Notes: a model not told the origin generated them from the letters alone. Positions 26,026 to 36,334 are shown, numbered from the stretch's first letter. The stretch is 64,000 bases of DNA from a virus (IMGVR_UViG_3300023179_004209:231832-295831), one strand, 5' to 3'. Made by a program: numbers and translations.

Positions 26026-27453
26026 ATGACCGTATCTGAATTAAAATCATTAATAAAAGAAGTATTACTTGAAGCAGTACCATTTGATAAATCAACTGAT
26101 ATTGAATACGGACTAAAAGCCAAGTATGATGAATTGGGCGATTATACATTTGGTGTAGAATTTGAATTTGAACCTGTTGTAGAAGAACAGAATTTATCAA
26201 TGGATCAAATCATAGAAAAGTTGTCAGAGTTGATGGGATCATCATACCGTTATGATAATGGATTAACTGACGCATATAATTCGTGGGTTGAAGAACAAAG
26301 AAAAGAAGCGGCTTGGAAATGGAACCGATATGGAACCATTGATAATATTGATAGATATGATGAAGAATATGGTCCAATGAGTGTAGATACATTTGATAGT
26401 AGTGTTCCAGAACCAGAAAGAAATGATTTTGATAGTGATGATGAATACAATGAAGCATATGAAAAATATGATGAAGTAAGAAATGAAATAGACAGTGAAT
26501 ATGATCGTTGGGAAAGAAGAAATCGAGGTGATTATGTTGATGAATATTTAAGACTTTTAGCAAGAAGTGGAGAATGGACTGATTTTATTCCAGATAGTGA
26601 AATGACTGTAACTGATATGGAAAATGGTATTGATTCTGCGTATAACTTATTAGATAGTTTGGGTGAAGATGTAAGAAAAGATGATAAACCAGATAAAAAT
26701 ACATGGGCAGTAGGAGAAGACGGACCAAATGTTGAAATAAGAAGCAGACATATGAGACAAACTGGTCATGATTTTAATATTATTTCCAAAGTAGGAAATT
26801 GGGTAAGTGATCAAGCAACACACGGTAAAACTGGGATGCATATTCATATAGGAGTTCCAAGTGATTTTGATATGTTTGATGTATTGGCAATGAGTACATT
26901 GGTTGATGAAAAAGCTATTAAATCTGAAGTAGCCATGGATAGAGATTTTAACAGTTTTGCTAAATTGAGAAGAAGTTTGAGTAACGCAATTTATAACAGA
27001 ATTCATGAATACATGCGTAGACAATCTGAAAATGTACCAAAATCTTTTATTCTTACAAACGCACAAATGAAAGAAATATTATCTGGATTTGATCGTAATC
27101 ATGGTACAAATATTGCAGCATTTAGTGAACATAAAACAATTGAATTTAGATATTTGGGATCTGATATGGCAGATCAAGTATTAAAGTGGATATCTTATTT
27201 CTTGTTGTTACCTCGTATTGCTAAGAGTAGAAATCAGATAAAATTGGATACTATTTATAATGAACAAATAGTAGCTACCAGATTACCAGGCAAGATTAAA
27301 TTTGATTTGTTTAAGACTGATGAACCAAGAACTAGTGTTCCAATGCCAAAAGAACCTGCAGATTTAATCAAACAAAAAGCATTTGAATTACCAAGCAAAT
27401 TGGATATTGCGAAACAACAAGCTGCGGTTAAAAAACAATCGGGAACACAATAA
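26026..27453 (+). CDS. acidic protein with propeptide-like N-terminus MTVSELKSLIKE
   Basis: ORF; D/E-rich first half. Confidence 0.55.
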   Translation: MTVSELKSLIKEVLLEAVPFDKSTDIEYGLKAKYDELGDYTFGVEFEFEPVVEEQNLSMDQIIEKLSELMGSSYRYDNGLTDAYNSWVEEQRKEAAWKWNRYGTIDNIDRYDEEYGPMSVDTFDSSVPEPERNDFDSDDEYNEAYEKYDEVRNEIDSEYDRWERRNRGDYVDEYLRLLARSGEWTDFIPDSEMTVTDMENGIDSAYNLLDSLGEDVRKDDKPDKNTWAVGEDGPNVEIRSRHMRQTGHDFNIISKVGNWVSDQATHGKTGMHIHIGVPSDFDMFDVLAMSTLVDEKAIKSEVAMDRDFNSFAKLRRSLSNAIYNRIHEYMRRQSENVPKSFILTNAQMKEILSGFDRNHGTNIAAFSEHKTIEFRYLGSDMADQVLKWISYFLLLPRIAKSRNQIKLDTIYNEQIVATRLPGKIKFDLFKTDEPRTSVPMPKEPADLIKQKAFELPSKLDIAKQQAAVKKQSGTQ

Positions 27454-27472
27454 TTCTTATATTTATAACAAT

Positions 27473-28936
27473 ATGACATTGTTTGAACATATTTTGATTG
27501 AAGGTAGAGTGGATGATTTTAAGAATTTATTAAAAAATAAGTTCAGCATTGATTATGTTCAAAAGATTATCAATAGAGATACCAGCAAAAACCATAAGAA
27601 TTTGTTATGGATTGGTAAGATACTAAAAACAGAACCAGATATCAATGAAGAAGATTTGTTTAAAAATCTGGAAATATTCAACAAAGTAGCATCATCCACT
27701 GATTTGTATAGTTTTAAAGAGTATAGTACATTTTTGAGTTTCTTACAAAAGAAAAGTAAAGAAGTACAAATGGGTAAGATGGCTCAAATCAAAGCTGGTT
27801 CACGTACAATTAAAGATGATAAAAGATGGTTGGTAGTTGCACCAGAAACACATGATGCAAGTAGATATTTTGGTGGTGGTACCAGCTGGTGTATCAGTAC
27901 AAGCAATGATAGATACTGGAAAGATTATTATTATGCACAAACCATAGTAATGATTAAAGATAGAAGTAAGAAACCAGACAATGACTTGTTCAAAGTTGCC
28001 ATTGTTGGTAATGCCTATGAACAACTTTGGGATACTAGTTTTAGTGATAAGATAGATAAAATCAGAGAATTATCAAAACATGTAGATTTATATAATGTCA
28101 ATGACAATAAATTAAGTGGTGACCAAAAAATTAATTATTTAGGACAATTACCAGAAGATTTAATTGAAGACTTGATGAATTATTTTAATGATGATGATGT
28201 CTATGAAAGACAAACCAATCATTATTATGAACTTGCAAGAGAAAGATATGATGAAGGTGGTAAAGAAGAACTTTTGAAATCATTGTTTAATACTACGGTA
28301 GCGTATTTTGATGCGGATGTTGATTTTCATGCAGATGATTTTGGTGATTTAATGAGCAGACAATTTGCAGATGAAATTCAAGACGGTAATTGGGATGAAT
28401 TTTTAAGTGAACTATGGGGTGCATGTATAACTTATCAAGGTGTAGAGGATGATTCTTTTTATGCTGAAGTAAATACAAGAAATTTCAAAAACTTGATAAG
28501 TGATACCAGTTATGATTTAAATACCTATCTTGATTTAGCCAAAGAAGTATTGAAAAATGAGGATATATCAAATATGGATAACATCATAAAAGATGCGTTG
28601 ATTAAAACATCTGATAATGGTGATCCATATACTGTAATTAAAAGACAAGCAAATCAATTAAAAGATACAAATTATAATGATATAATATTATCATCATTAA
28701 ATGCATATAATGCAAAAAATAATCCTACTTTTATTCAAGGTCAGAGATCTTTGGGACCAGAATTTATGGGTATTGTAAATAAATTTAAACCAAAGAACAT
28801 TGAGGATGTAATTAAAGTGTTGAGTATCAATCCTAGAGCAAAGGATATGATTGATCAGATACAAAGATACAGAAGAGATTTGTATGAATCCAAGAAAAAG
28901 CGGACAATTAAATATAGAGATTTTTACAAATTATGA
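27473..28936 (+). CDS. hypothetical protein (N-terminus MTLFEHILIE)
   Basis: start moved to ATG after TATATTTATAACAAT to avoid 70-nt overlap. Confidence 0.5.
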   Translation: MTLFEHILIEGRVDDFKNLLKNKFSIDYVQKIINRDTSKNHKNLLWIGKILKTEPDINEEDLFKNLEIFNKVASSTDLYSFKEYSTFLSFLQKKSKEVQMGKMAQIKAGSRTIKDDKRWLVVAPETHDASRYFGGGTSWCISTSNDRYWKDYYYAQTIVMIKDRSKKPDNDLFKVAIVGNAYEQLWDTSFSDKIDKIRELSKHVDLYNVNDNKLSGDQKINYLGQLPEDLIEDLMNYFNDDDVYERQTNHYYELARERYDEGGKEELLKSLFNTTVAYFDADVDFHADDFGDLMSRQFADEIQDGNWDEFLSELWGACITYQGVEDDSFYAEVNTRNFKNLISDTSYDLNTYLDLAKEVLKNEDISNMDNIIKDALIKTSDNGDPYTVIKRQANQLKDTNYNDIILSSLNAYNAKNNPTFIQGQRSLGPEFMGIVNKFKPKNIEDVIKVLSINPRAKDMIDQIQRYRRDLYESKKKRTIKYRDFYKL

Positions 28937-29874
28937 ATAACGAAGGTATATCATTGATTGATACAAAGAAAGGTATTCCCAGATTAAATTTTAGATTTGA
29001 CAAAGATTATCCTGAAGATTTTATATCAATTGGTTCTGGAAAGTTCATCCAAAAAAGAACTGGTGATATTAATTTAATTTATTTGGCTCATAAATTCATG
29101 AGTGAAAAAGAGGTGATGGATCAATTGTCATTTTATATAAATCAAACAGACATTAATGCAAATCCTACCATTAATGCTAAAATTGCTAGATACCCAGATT
29201 TATTTTTCACATATAAAAAAGAAATAAGAAAAGCAATTAAAAACTTAAGTGCTACTGATTATATATCATTTACTGGTAAAAATATAGAACATGTTAAAAC
29301 AATGATACATAGAGGTATACTTGATTTTAACAATAGAATAAACTATGTTAAAGATTATGATTTGATTATTACTGTTCCTAGTCAAGCTCCGTTAAATCAA
29401 ATGATAATTAATGAATTTAAGAGTTATATAAATCCAGAAAAAACTTTGGTAATAGATGACTTTTTATTAAAAAACCGTGTTAAAGATATTAGATGGGATA
29501 ACAATGAATATTTGGAAGTAGAAGAAAGAGAAGGAAAAAATCCTGATCAAATTGCCAAAGTAAGAAAAATGAGAGATATTATGTTGAAAAGTATATATTC
29601 AAAAGGCAATCTAAATAAAGACTTTCAAGTAAAGATGGTAACCAAATCCAGTTTAAGAAGATATTTTCATAAGTTCATGCACATTAATGATAAACTAGAT
29701 GAACAATTATTTTTAAAGATTAACAATGGTAAAATACTAATTATTGATGATAGCTTTGGTTCAGGAGTAACTATGAAAGAATCATCAAGAGCGATTAAAC
29801 ATTTAAATCCTAAAACAGTTGACGCATTCATTCTGCTCCACGATTACGCACCAACAGCTAAAAAAACTGGTTGA
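28933..29874 (+). CDS. hypothetical protein
   Basis: ORF. Confidence 0.55.
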   Translation: MNNEGISLIDTKKGIPRLNFRFDKDYPEDFISIGSGKFIQKRTGDINLIYLAHKFMSEKEVMDQLSFYINQTDINANPTINAKIARYPDLFFTYKKEIRKAIKNLSATDYISFTGKNIEHVKTMIHRGILDFNNRINYVKDYDLIITVPSQAPLNQMIINEFKSYINPEKTLVIDDFLLKNRVKDIRWDNNEYLEVEEREGKNPDQIAKVRKMRDIMLKSIYSKGNLNKDFQVKMVTKSSLRRYFHKFMHINDKLDEQLFLKINNGKILIIDDSFGSGVTMKESSRAIKHLNPKTVDAFILLHDYAPTAKKTG

Positions 29875-29898
29875 CTTTTAAAAAAAGTATGTTAAAGT
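29871..29898 (+). promoter_or_regulatory. promoter TTGACT-N16-TAAAGT
   Basis: -35 overlaps stop of previous gene. Confidence 0.5.
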
Positions 29899-29906
29899 AA
29901 AAAAGT

Positions 29907-30086
29907 ATGAAGAACACTACAAATACATTGATTGAAAATCTAAAGAAACAAATCAAACTCCGTAAAGAAACACATACAGAATATGGTTATTTATATGCAA
30001 TTAAAACAGTCGCTGATGCAATTCTGCCATATGATGCTAGCAAATCTATTAAGCCAGCTATTATTCCTTCAGAATTTAACTTCTAA
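29907..30086 (+). CDS. 59-aa hypothetical protein
   Basis: first ATG after promoter; below track cutoff. Confidence 0.3.
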   Translation: MKNTTNTLIENLKKQIKLRKETHTEYGYLYAIKTVADAILPYDASKSIKPAIIPSEFNF

Positions 30087-30185
30087 ACTTTTCTGAATTA
30101 AAATTAACAGGAAGATTTTATAAAAACTAATTATTAAGCGCAACAAGCGCATTGAATAATTTTAAATATAATATTAATATAGAAT

Positions 30186-30329
30186 ATGGGAAAGAGCTAT
30201 AAAGACAAGTATAAGCGCAACAATAGTTTTGATAAACGCAGCAAGCGCATTAAGCAGGGAAAATCTAAATTTAAGTTTTCTGTAGAAGATGTTGGTAAGA
30301 AGCCAGTTTGGGATGATGAACAGGAGTAA
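30186..30329 (+). CDS. 47-aa highly basic (K/R-rich) peptide
   Basis: ORF below cutoff; flanked by AAGCGCAACAA repeats. Confidence 0.25.
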   Translation: MGKSYKDKYKRNNSFDKRSKRIKQGKSKFKFSVEDVGKKPVWDDEQE

Positions 30330-30402
30330 TTATATACTTGACAACTTACTAATTTTGTTATAGTATTGTAACGTAATATAAACTTAATATACAGAAATTA
30401 AA

Positions 30403-30717
30403 ATGGATACATTTACAGGATCGGTTGATGCGTTATTAGACCATTGTTCAAAACTAGATATCAAAGAAGTTGAAGAACAAATTAAATTAGATGAAAAACA
30501 AGAATGTCTCTCTATTATTATGAGAGATTGTGATTGTTCCCTTGAGGAAGCGGAACAAATTTATAATGATATTGCGTTAAATGAAGTAAAAGATACAATT
30601 GATCAATTGGTAAAAGAAGGAATTGTAGAAGTATCTGGATATAATGATGATGGTGAACCGTTGTTTACATTAACAGAACTTGGACGACAAATTCAAAAAG
30701 AACTAGGAAATAAGTAA
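30403..30717 (+). CDS. acidic hypothetical protein
   Basis: ORF followed by terminator. Confidence 0.5.
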   Translation: MDTFTGSVDALLDHCSKLDIKEVEEQIKLDEKQECLSIIMRDCDCSLEEAEQIYNDIALNEVKDTIDQLVKEGIVEVSGYNDDGEPLFTLTELGRQIQKELGNK

Positions 30718-30723
30718 ACTTTA

Positions 30724-30751
30724 ACCCGCTTAATATTAAGCGGGTTTTTTA
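30724..30751 (+). terminator. Rho-independent terminator ACCCGCTTAAT..ATTAAGCGGGT + TTTTTT
   Basis: perfect 11-bp palindrome and T-run. Confidence 0.75.
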
Positions 30752-30776
30752 TTATATTCATAATATTTATACAGAT

Positions 30777-32114
30777 ATGGATAAGAACTTAAAGAATGTA
30801 ATTTTAAAATTGGTCGAAGAAGTAATGACTGAAGCTCCTGCACCAGTTATTGAACCACCAACCAAACCAGCAGAAAGACCACCTGCTCCATCCAAGCCAG
30901 ATAAAAGACCCAATCCATTAAAACCAACAAAACCTGGCATTGCACCAAGACCAAAGGCTTTAAGTCACGATGTACAAGCATTCTTAAATCAAAGAAAGGG
31001 TTTAACTGAAAAAATTGATACGGGTGAGGATATACCAGATTTTATTGATCCAAGCAAAAGAGCCAAAATTGAAAATGAAAAGGACTATGTAGAACAAATT
31101 CTACCAGATTTAGGTCCAGAAGCAGATAGATATTTAGAAATTATTACCAGTGAAAGTTATCAACAAAATGTAAAAAGAGTAGCTTACTATCTTGGTATTA
31201 GTGTAGGTGAAATTCAATCCAAGTTTCCAAACTATCCAACAATGGTTATGTTGGCATTTAAAACACTAAATGATATCAAAAGAGCAGAATCTAGTTTAAA
31301 GAAACAATTAGAACAAATTGCAGTAGATGTAGTATTAGATTTACCAGAAAATAAGTTTATTAAACAATTAGTAGAAGATGGTGACATTATCGTTGATGCC
31401 AAATTAGGCAATGCTGACTTAACAAAAGCAGTTACCGCAGACAAAATGGATGAAGAAATGGATAATGGTCTAACAGTTGCAGAAAATCTTAATATGCAAC
31501 TGAACACTATGTTGAGTGGTGACACTGATGGTAAATTAAGAAGAACATTGGCTAACTATATGACACAAGGTGATGCAGTAAATAAATTATTCTTATTTAA
31601 TACTGTTTCAGATAAGTTAGATACAATGAGTCCAAATCTATCAAAAAAATACGGTGTATTAGCCGCAATTACACAAATAGGATATTATTTAACGCCGGAT
31701 TTTCCAATTACAAGTGATATCGTAAATATGGCTGCTGTAGGCAGTGAACAAGTGGTTCCAACTGGTGATAAATATACAATCAAAGCCAGAGCAATGACAT
31801 TTCCTTATCTAGTACATGAATTGGTAAAAGGAATTGGTGATTATATCAGTATGGATGTTGCTTCACAAGAAGAATTGGATACTGAAACAATGGACGATGA
31901 AATCAAACAGATTATGGCAGGTCCAGCATTGGAAATGAAGTTGAGAAAGTTGATTCCAGCCGATAAAATTGAATATTTGCCTATAATCAAGAAACTATTT
32001 TATAAGTTGCCAATTGAAACCATCAAGGATATATTACTTGGAGGTATGAAAGCTCAATCTTTCATGAACGGTTTGATAAAACAAGCCGAAGAAAGCATGG
32101 AAGATGTAGATTAA
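30777..32114 (+). CDS. protein with propeptide-like N-terminus (MDKNLKNVILKLVEE) and Pro-rich linker
   Basis: ORF; PAPVIEPPTKPAERPPAPSKPDKRPNPLKPTKPGIAPRPK. Confidence 0.55.
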   Translation: MDKNLKNVILKLVEEVMTEAPAPVIEPPTKPAERPPAPSKPDKRPNPLKPTKPGIAPRPKALSHDVQAFLNQRKGLTEKIDTGEDIPDFIDPSKRAKIENEKDYVEQILPDLGPEADRYLEIITSESYQQNVKRVAYYLGISVGEIQSKFPNYPTMVMLAFKTLNDIKRAESSLKKQLEQIAVDVVLDLPENKFIKQLVEDGDIIVDAKLGNADLTKAVTADKMDEEMDNGLTVAENLNMQLNTMLSGDTDGKLRRTLANYMTQGDAVNKLFLFNTVSDKLDTMSPNLSKKYGVLAAITQIGYYLTPDFPITSDIVNMAAVGSEQVVPTGDKYTIKARAMTFPYLVHELVKGIGDYISMDVASQEELDTETMDDEIKQIMAGPALEMKLRKLIPADKIEYLPIIKKLFYKLPIETIKDILLGGMKAQSFMNGLIKQAEESMEDVD

Positions 32115-32119
32115 AATGA

Positions 32120-32419
32120 ATGAAATTCAATCATCAATATTTGGGATATGAATCAGAAGAACAAAGAGATTTATATTCTTGTAATATATTAGATGATTAT
32201 GGAGTTCATGTTGGGTTTTGTAAGTATTATAAACCGTTGTTAGAGTTTGAAACGGTTTATATTGAATTCATTAATATAACTTATGAACACCGTAGAAGAG
32301 GTCATGCAACCGCAATGGTTAAAGAACTTCAACGAATGTATTATTTGAAATGGGATGGTAGATTAAGTGTAGACGGTAGGAAGTGGTATAATTCATTGAT
32401 GGAAAGACAAATAGTATAA
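32120..32419 (+). CDS. small GNAT-like acetyltransferase (tentative)
   Basis: HRRRGHATAMVKEL resembles GNAT motif A. Confidence 0.35.
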   Translation: MKFNHQYLGYESEEQRDLYSCNILDDYGVHVGFCKYYKPLLEFETVYIEFINITYEHRRRGHATAMVKELQRMYYLKWDGRLSVDGRKWYNSLMERQIV

Positions 32420-32431
32420 TATTTATACTAC

Positions 32432-33199
32432 ATGAAAGTCATCAAAGGAGACGTAAACTTAGATTGTTTAAATTTGAGAGAAATACCGGAAATTATCAAG
32501 GATGTTTCAATTGAAGGATCATTAAGTTTATATAATAACAATTTGCGTAGTCTTAAAAATTGTCCTAAAAAAATTATACGTCATTTAAATGTGGCTAATA
32601 ATAGAAGTTTACGTTCATTGGTTGGTGGACCAGAAGAAGTAGGTGCTATTGATGTACATAATTGTAATCTAACAAGTTTAGAAGGATTTCCAAAGATAGT
32701 TAAATCTGGCAATTTTTTAGGTGGTCGTGTAGATGTTAGTGGTAACAAATTGACTTCATTGGTTGGTTTACCAGAAGAATTGTCGGAGTTAGTGATATAT
32801 AATAATCCTGGTCTTAAAACATTGCAGGGTTGTCCTAAAATTATCCGTGGTGGTTTTGAAGCATTATGGTTACCAATTACCAATATGATTGGCGGTCCAA
32901 CTGTAATATATGATGATTTGTTGTTGTATGATACAGAAATAAATTCGTTGGAAGGATTTCCAAAAAAAGTTGGTGGCAACATTTTTCTAGGCAATACACC
33001 ACTTGGTAGTATATTATTTCCTAACAGAGTAACACCAGAAACAAAGAAAAAATCTGAGGAATTAATAAATAAAATACACAGTATATGTGATATTGGAGGT
33101 GGTATATACAGAACTGCAGATGATATTGAAGAAGAAAATCCAGAAATAGAAATGGATGATTATGAACCAGATGAATATGGAGGATTTCGCAGAGTATGA
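32432..33199 (+). CDS. LRR protein paralog 1 (LPX-type 20-22-aa repeats NxLTSLxGxP)
   Basis: about 9 repeats, e.g. NNLRSLKNCPKKI, CNLTSLEGFPKIV, NKLTSLVGLPEEL. Confidence 0.6.
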   Translation: MKVIKGDVNLDCLNLREIPEIIKDVSIEGSLSLYNNNLRSLKNCPKKIIRHLNVANNRSLRSLVGGPEEVGAIDVHNCNLTSLEGFPKIVKSGNFLGGRVDVSGNKLTSLVGLPEELSELVIYNNPGLKTLQGCPKIIRGGFEALWLPITNMIGGPTVIYDDLLLYDTEINSLEGFPKKVGGNIFLGNTPLGSILFPNRVTPETKKKSEELINKIHSICDIGGGIYRTADDIEEENPEIEMDDYEPDEYGGFRRV

Positions 33200-33921
33200 A
33201 ACGCAAACATTTTTATGATAATGTAGAATTAGATCATCTATTTCTAAAAGAAATACCAGATAATATTGCAATGTATGCGTGTCATGGTTTATATGATATA
33301 TCTGATAATAAACTTACATCATTAAAAAATTGTCCGTCATTTGTAAAAGATAATTTTAATTGCAGCCTTAATAACTTAACATCATTAAGAGATGGTCCAC
33401 AAGAAGTTCAAGGAAGTTATAATTGTGCTGATAATAAAATAACATCATTGGATGGTATTGCAAAAATTATTGGAGGAGGTGTAGATGTATCATATAATCA
33501 ATTGTCATCATTACAAGGTATTCCAACACTAAAATCTAATAGATTATTAAAAGTGAGTGATAATAAAATTACAAGTTTGATTGGATATGGATTTGAGTCA
33601 ATTGAATTTAGTTCATTTGATGTAACCTCAAATAAATTAACATCATTGGCAGGTAGTCCATATAGAGTGAATGCAAATTATGAATGTGATGCTAATCCAA
33701 TTGAAAACTTTGTGGGTGGTCCTAAATTTGTTGGAAGAAATTTTTATGCAACAAGTTTACGAAGTTTAAAATCAATTGAAGGATTACCACATGTAATTGA
33801 AGGTAGATTATTTATCAGTATGATTGATATGCGTAGAATATTTCCTGGTCTTGCTGACGGAAACATAATAAAAGAAATTAGATCTATCAGCAACATTATT
33901 GGTGGTATAGCTACAATATAA
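33196..33921 (+). CDS. LRR protein paralog 2
   Basis: NKLTSLKNCPSFV, NNLTSLRDGPQEV, NKITSLDGIAKII... Confidence 0.6.
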   Translation: MKRKHFYDNVELDHLFLKEIPDNIAMYACHGLYDISDNKLTSLKNCPSFVKDNFNCSLNNLTSLRDGPQEVQGSYNCADNKITSLDGIAKIIGGGVDVSYNQLSSLQGIPTLKSNRLLKVSDNKITSLIGYGFESIEFSSFDVTSNKLTSLAGSPYRVNANYECDANPIENFVGGPKFVGRNFYATSLRSLKSIEGLPHVIEGRLFISMIDMRRIFPGLADGNIIKEIRSISNIIGGIATI

Positions 33922-33925
33922 AATT

Positions 33926-34657
33926 ATGAAAAAAATAGAAGGATATGTAGATTTAAGTGATTATGACTTCAAAGAAGTACCGTCAATATTAAATGATGTT
34001 AGTATTGAAGGTATTCTAAATATAGCTGATAATCGCATAAAAAATTTAAACAACTTTCCTTTAAATTGTGAATCTGTTTATTTGTCAGGAAATCCATTAA
34101 CTAGTTTAGTTGGTATAAAACAAAAGTATATAAGGGATTTGGAAGCAAGTAGAACAAAGATTCAAAATTTGGAAGGATGTCCTGAAATTGTATCACAACT
34201 TTTAATAAAAAACTGTGCATCATTTAATAGTTTAAAAGGAACTTTAAAAGAAATCTCAGGTCAACCCGCATATTTGACTATAAGAGGTACTTCATTACAA
34301 ACATTAGAATATTGTCCAAAAACAAATAATAATGTTAGTTTTCGTCTTGATTTTAATAAAATAACATCATTAGTTGGTCTGCCAAATAAATGTCGTGATC
34401 TACATATCAGTGATAATAACTTAACTAGTCTAGTTGGATGTCCTCAACATATCAAGGGTGATTTTTATTGTAATAATAACAATTTGAAAACATTTGACGG
34501 ATTTCCCAAAGTAGTTGAAGGTATCATATATATGACACTTTCACCTATGTATGACAATCCATTGATGATGCAATCATATTATTTTGAAAAAGAAATTAGA
34601 AAAAGATGTAAAGTTTATGGTATATCATTGACTGAACCAAAAAATGTACAAATTTAA
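33926..34657 (+). CDS. LRR protein paralog 3
   Basis: same repeat type; N-terminal DFKEVPSILNDVSIEG shared with paralogs 1 and 4. Confidence 0.6.
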   Translation: MKKIEGYVDLSDYDFKEVPSILNDVSIEGILNIADNRIKNLNNFPLNCESVYLSGNPLTSLVGIKQKYIRDLEASRTKIQNLEGCPEIVSQLLIKNCASFNSLKGTLKEISGQPAYLTIRGTSLQTLEYCPKTNNNVSFRLDFNKITSLVGLPNKCRDLHISDNNLTSLVGCPQHIKGDFYCNNNNLKTFDGFPKVVEGIIYMTLSPMYDNPLMMQSYYFEKEIRKRCKVYGISLTEPKNVQI

Positions 34658-34668
34658 TAACTGATAAT

Positions 34669-35349
34669 ATGGGAAAATATATAAAAGGAGATGTAACATT
34701 ATCTGGACTTCATTTAAAGAAGCTGCCTGAAATATTAAAGGATTTAACAATTGAAGGCAGTATATTTTTGAGTGGAAATCAGCTCACTACATTAGAAAAT
34801 TTCCCGGAACTTGTAACGGAAAATATAATGTTAGGTTCAAATCCATTGGTTAGTTTAAAAGGTATAAAACAAACCGCTGTATCAACATTATCCATAGATA
34901 ACGGTAAATTTAGTAATTTGGAAGGATGTCCATCACACATTAATAAATTAAATATAGTGGGTAATAGTAACTTAAAAAGTCTAAAGGGACTTGCACCTCA
35001 TTTAATATCTTTAAAAATTATAGGTACACCATTGCAAACAATGGAATATTGCAATCAAAATATTCACGGTACATATCATCTTGAATTTAATTTATTAAAA
35101 TCTCTGGTTGGAATGCCAAAACAATGTAGAGAACTAAAAATAGGATTCAATCAATTAGAAAATTTTATTGGTGCTCCTGAAGTTGTACTTGGAGATTTTC
35201 AATGTTATCATAATCCAATACTATCATTGGAAGGATTTCCAAAATATGCAAAAAGAGTGATTATTAATAATTTTATGAAAGACAGAGAACTTACAAGAAG
35301 AGATGTAGCAAGAGTGTGTGAAGCAGAAGAAATTGTCATTTCAGTATAA
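34669..35349 (+). CDS. LRR protein paralog 4
   Basis: LHLKKLPEILKDLTIEGS; NQLTTLENFPELV etc. Confidence 0.6.
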   Translation: MGKYIKGDVTLSGLHLKKLPEILKDLTIEGSIFLSGNQLTTLENFPELVTENIMLGSNPLVSLKGIKQTAVSTLSIDNGKFSNLEGCPSHINKLNIVGNSNLKSLKGLAPHLISLKIIGTPLQTMEYCNQNIHGTYHLEFNLLKSLVGMPKQCRELKIGFNQLENFIGAPEVVLGDFQCYHNPILSLEGFPKYAKRVIINNFMKDRELTRRDVARVCEAEEIVISV

Positions 35350-35380
35350 TAATAAATTTCAAACTAATATTTATAAACAT

Positions 35381-36334
35381 ATGAAACAACTATTGACAGA
35401 AGCCAATCTAACAAATTTTTCAGAATTACTAACTGCCATTAACAAAGTATTGGACAACAAAGACATTCCACAATTTGCTGGTAGTGAAACCAATAAAGTA
35501 AGAGATTGGTTTGTAAAACAATATGTAAAAGCAATCAAAGAAGATGAAGTTGACCTACAATCATCCATCACACCACACAAATATAGTGAAGGTGAACCAG
35601 AATGGATGAATAAATCTGACATCATGGACTTTAGTGGTGAATTACCAGAAGATGTAGTTGATGAAATTGGTCATACAGTAGACTATTTTGCTACACTTGA
35701 CGCAAATGACTTGAGAAAAATCTACAAAGAACCATATAGAGTCATCAAACAAAAGGTACAAGAATGGGACAGAGAATTGGCATCAACATCAACTGATACC
35801 AAGAAGGAAGATAATCTAAAGAAAACCTTAGTCAAGGGTACTGATTATAAGATTATCAAGGAAGTATCTGGATTAAAGTGGGTAAAACTACTTACACCAA
35901 AATCAAAAGATGTTGAAGGTGATGTAATGGGACATTGTGTAGGTGGTGAAGGTTATGAAAACAGAGACATTTATTCATTATGGGATAATAGAGATAGATC
36001 TCATGTGACTATTGAAGCTGATGATAACAGAAAGACTATTCAACAAATCAAGGGTAAACAAAATAGAGAACCAGTTGAAAAATATCAACCAGCTTGTGTT
36101 GAATTCGTGGCTAATGCAATGTTGCAAGGATACAGAGTACAAGGTGACGGTGAAAACATTGGTATGATCAAACATAACAGTGAATATCACTTTGATGAAT
36201 TAAATGTATTACCAGAAAAATTCAGAAACAAAGAAATATTTAGAACTTGGGTAGATAAAATTTTCCCAACTGAAATATTCCCTAAACAACAAAAAGCTAT
36301 TGCTGATATTGCAAAAAGAATTGTTGAAGTATAA
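35381..36334 (+). CDS. hypothetical protein (N-terminus MKQLLTE)
   Basis: start moved to ATG after TAATATTTATAAACAT. Confidence 0.5.
   Translation: MKQLLTEANLTNFSELLTAINKVLDNKDIPQFAGSETNKVRDWFVKQYVKAIKEDEVDLQSSITPHKYSEGEPEWMNKSDIMDFSGELPEDVVDEIGHTVDYFATLDANDLRKIYKEPYRVIKQKVQEWDRELASTSTDTKKEDNLKKTLVKGTDYKIIKEVSGLKWVKLLTPKSKDVEGDVMGHCVGGEGYENRDIYSLWDNRDRSHVTIEADDNRKTIQQIKGKQNREPVEKYQPACVEFVANAMLQGYRVQGDGENIGMIKHNSEYHFDELNVLPEKFRNKEIFRTWVDKIFPTEIFPKQQKAIADIAKRIVEV

Noticed and set aside
24302-26563. Several 60-135-aa minus-strand ORFs (24302, 24914, 25056, 25124, 25793, 26210)
   Set aside because: All antisense within the long plus-strand ankyrin-cyclase gene and the acidic protein gene. Cys/Phe/Leu-rich low complexity.
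32432-35349. Possible CRISPR-like periodicity
   Set aside because: The periodic signal is the 60-66-nt coding period of the 20-22-aa LRR units inside four ORFs. Repeats are imperfect at the DNA level and there are no spacer-like unique inserts. No CRISPR array found anywhere in the window.
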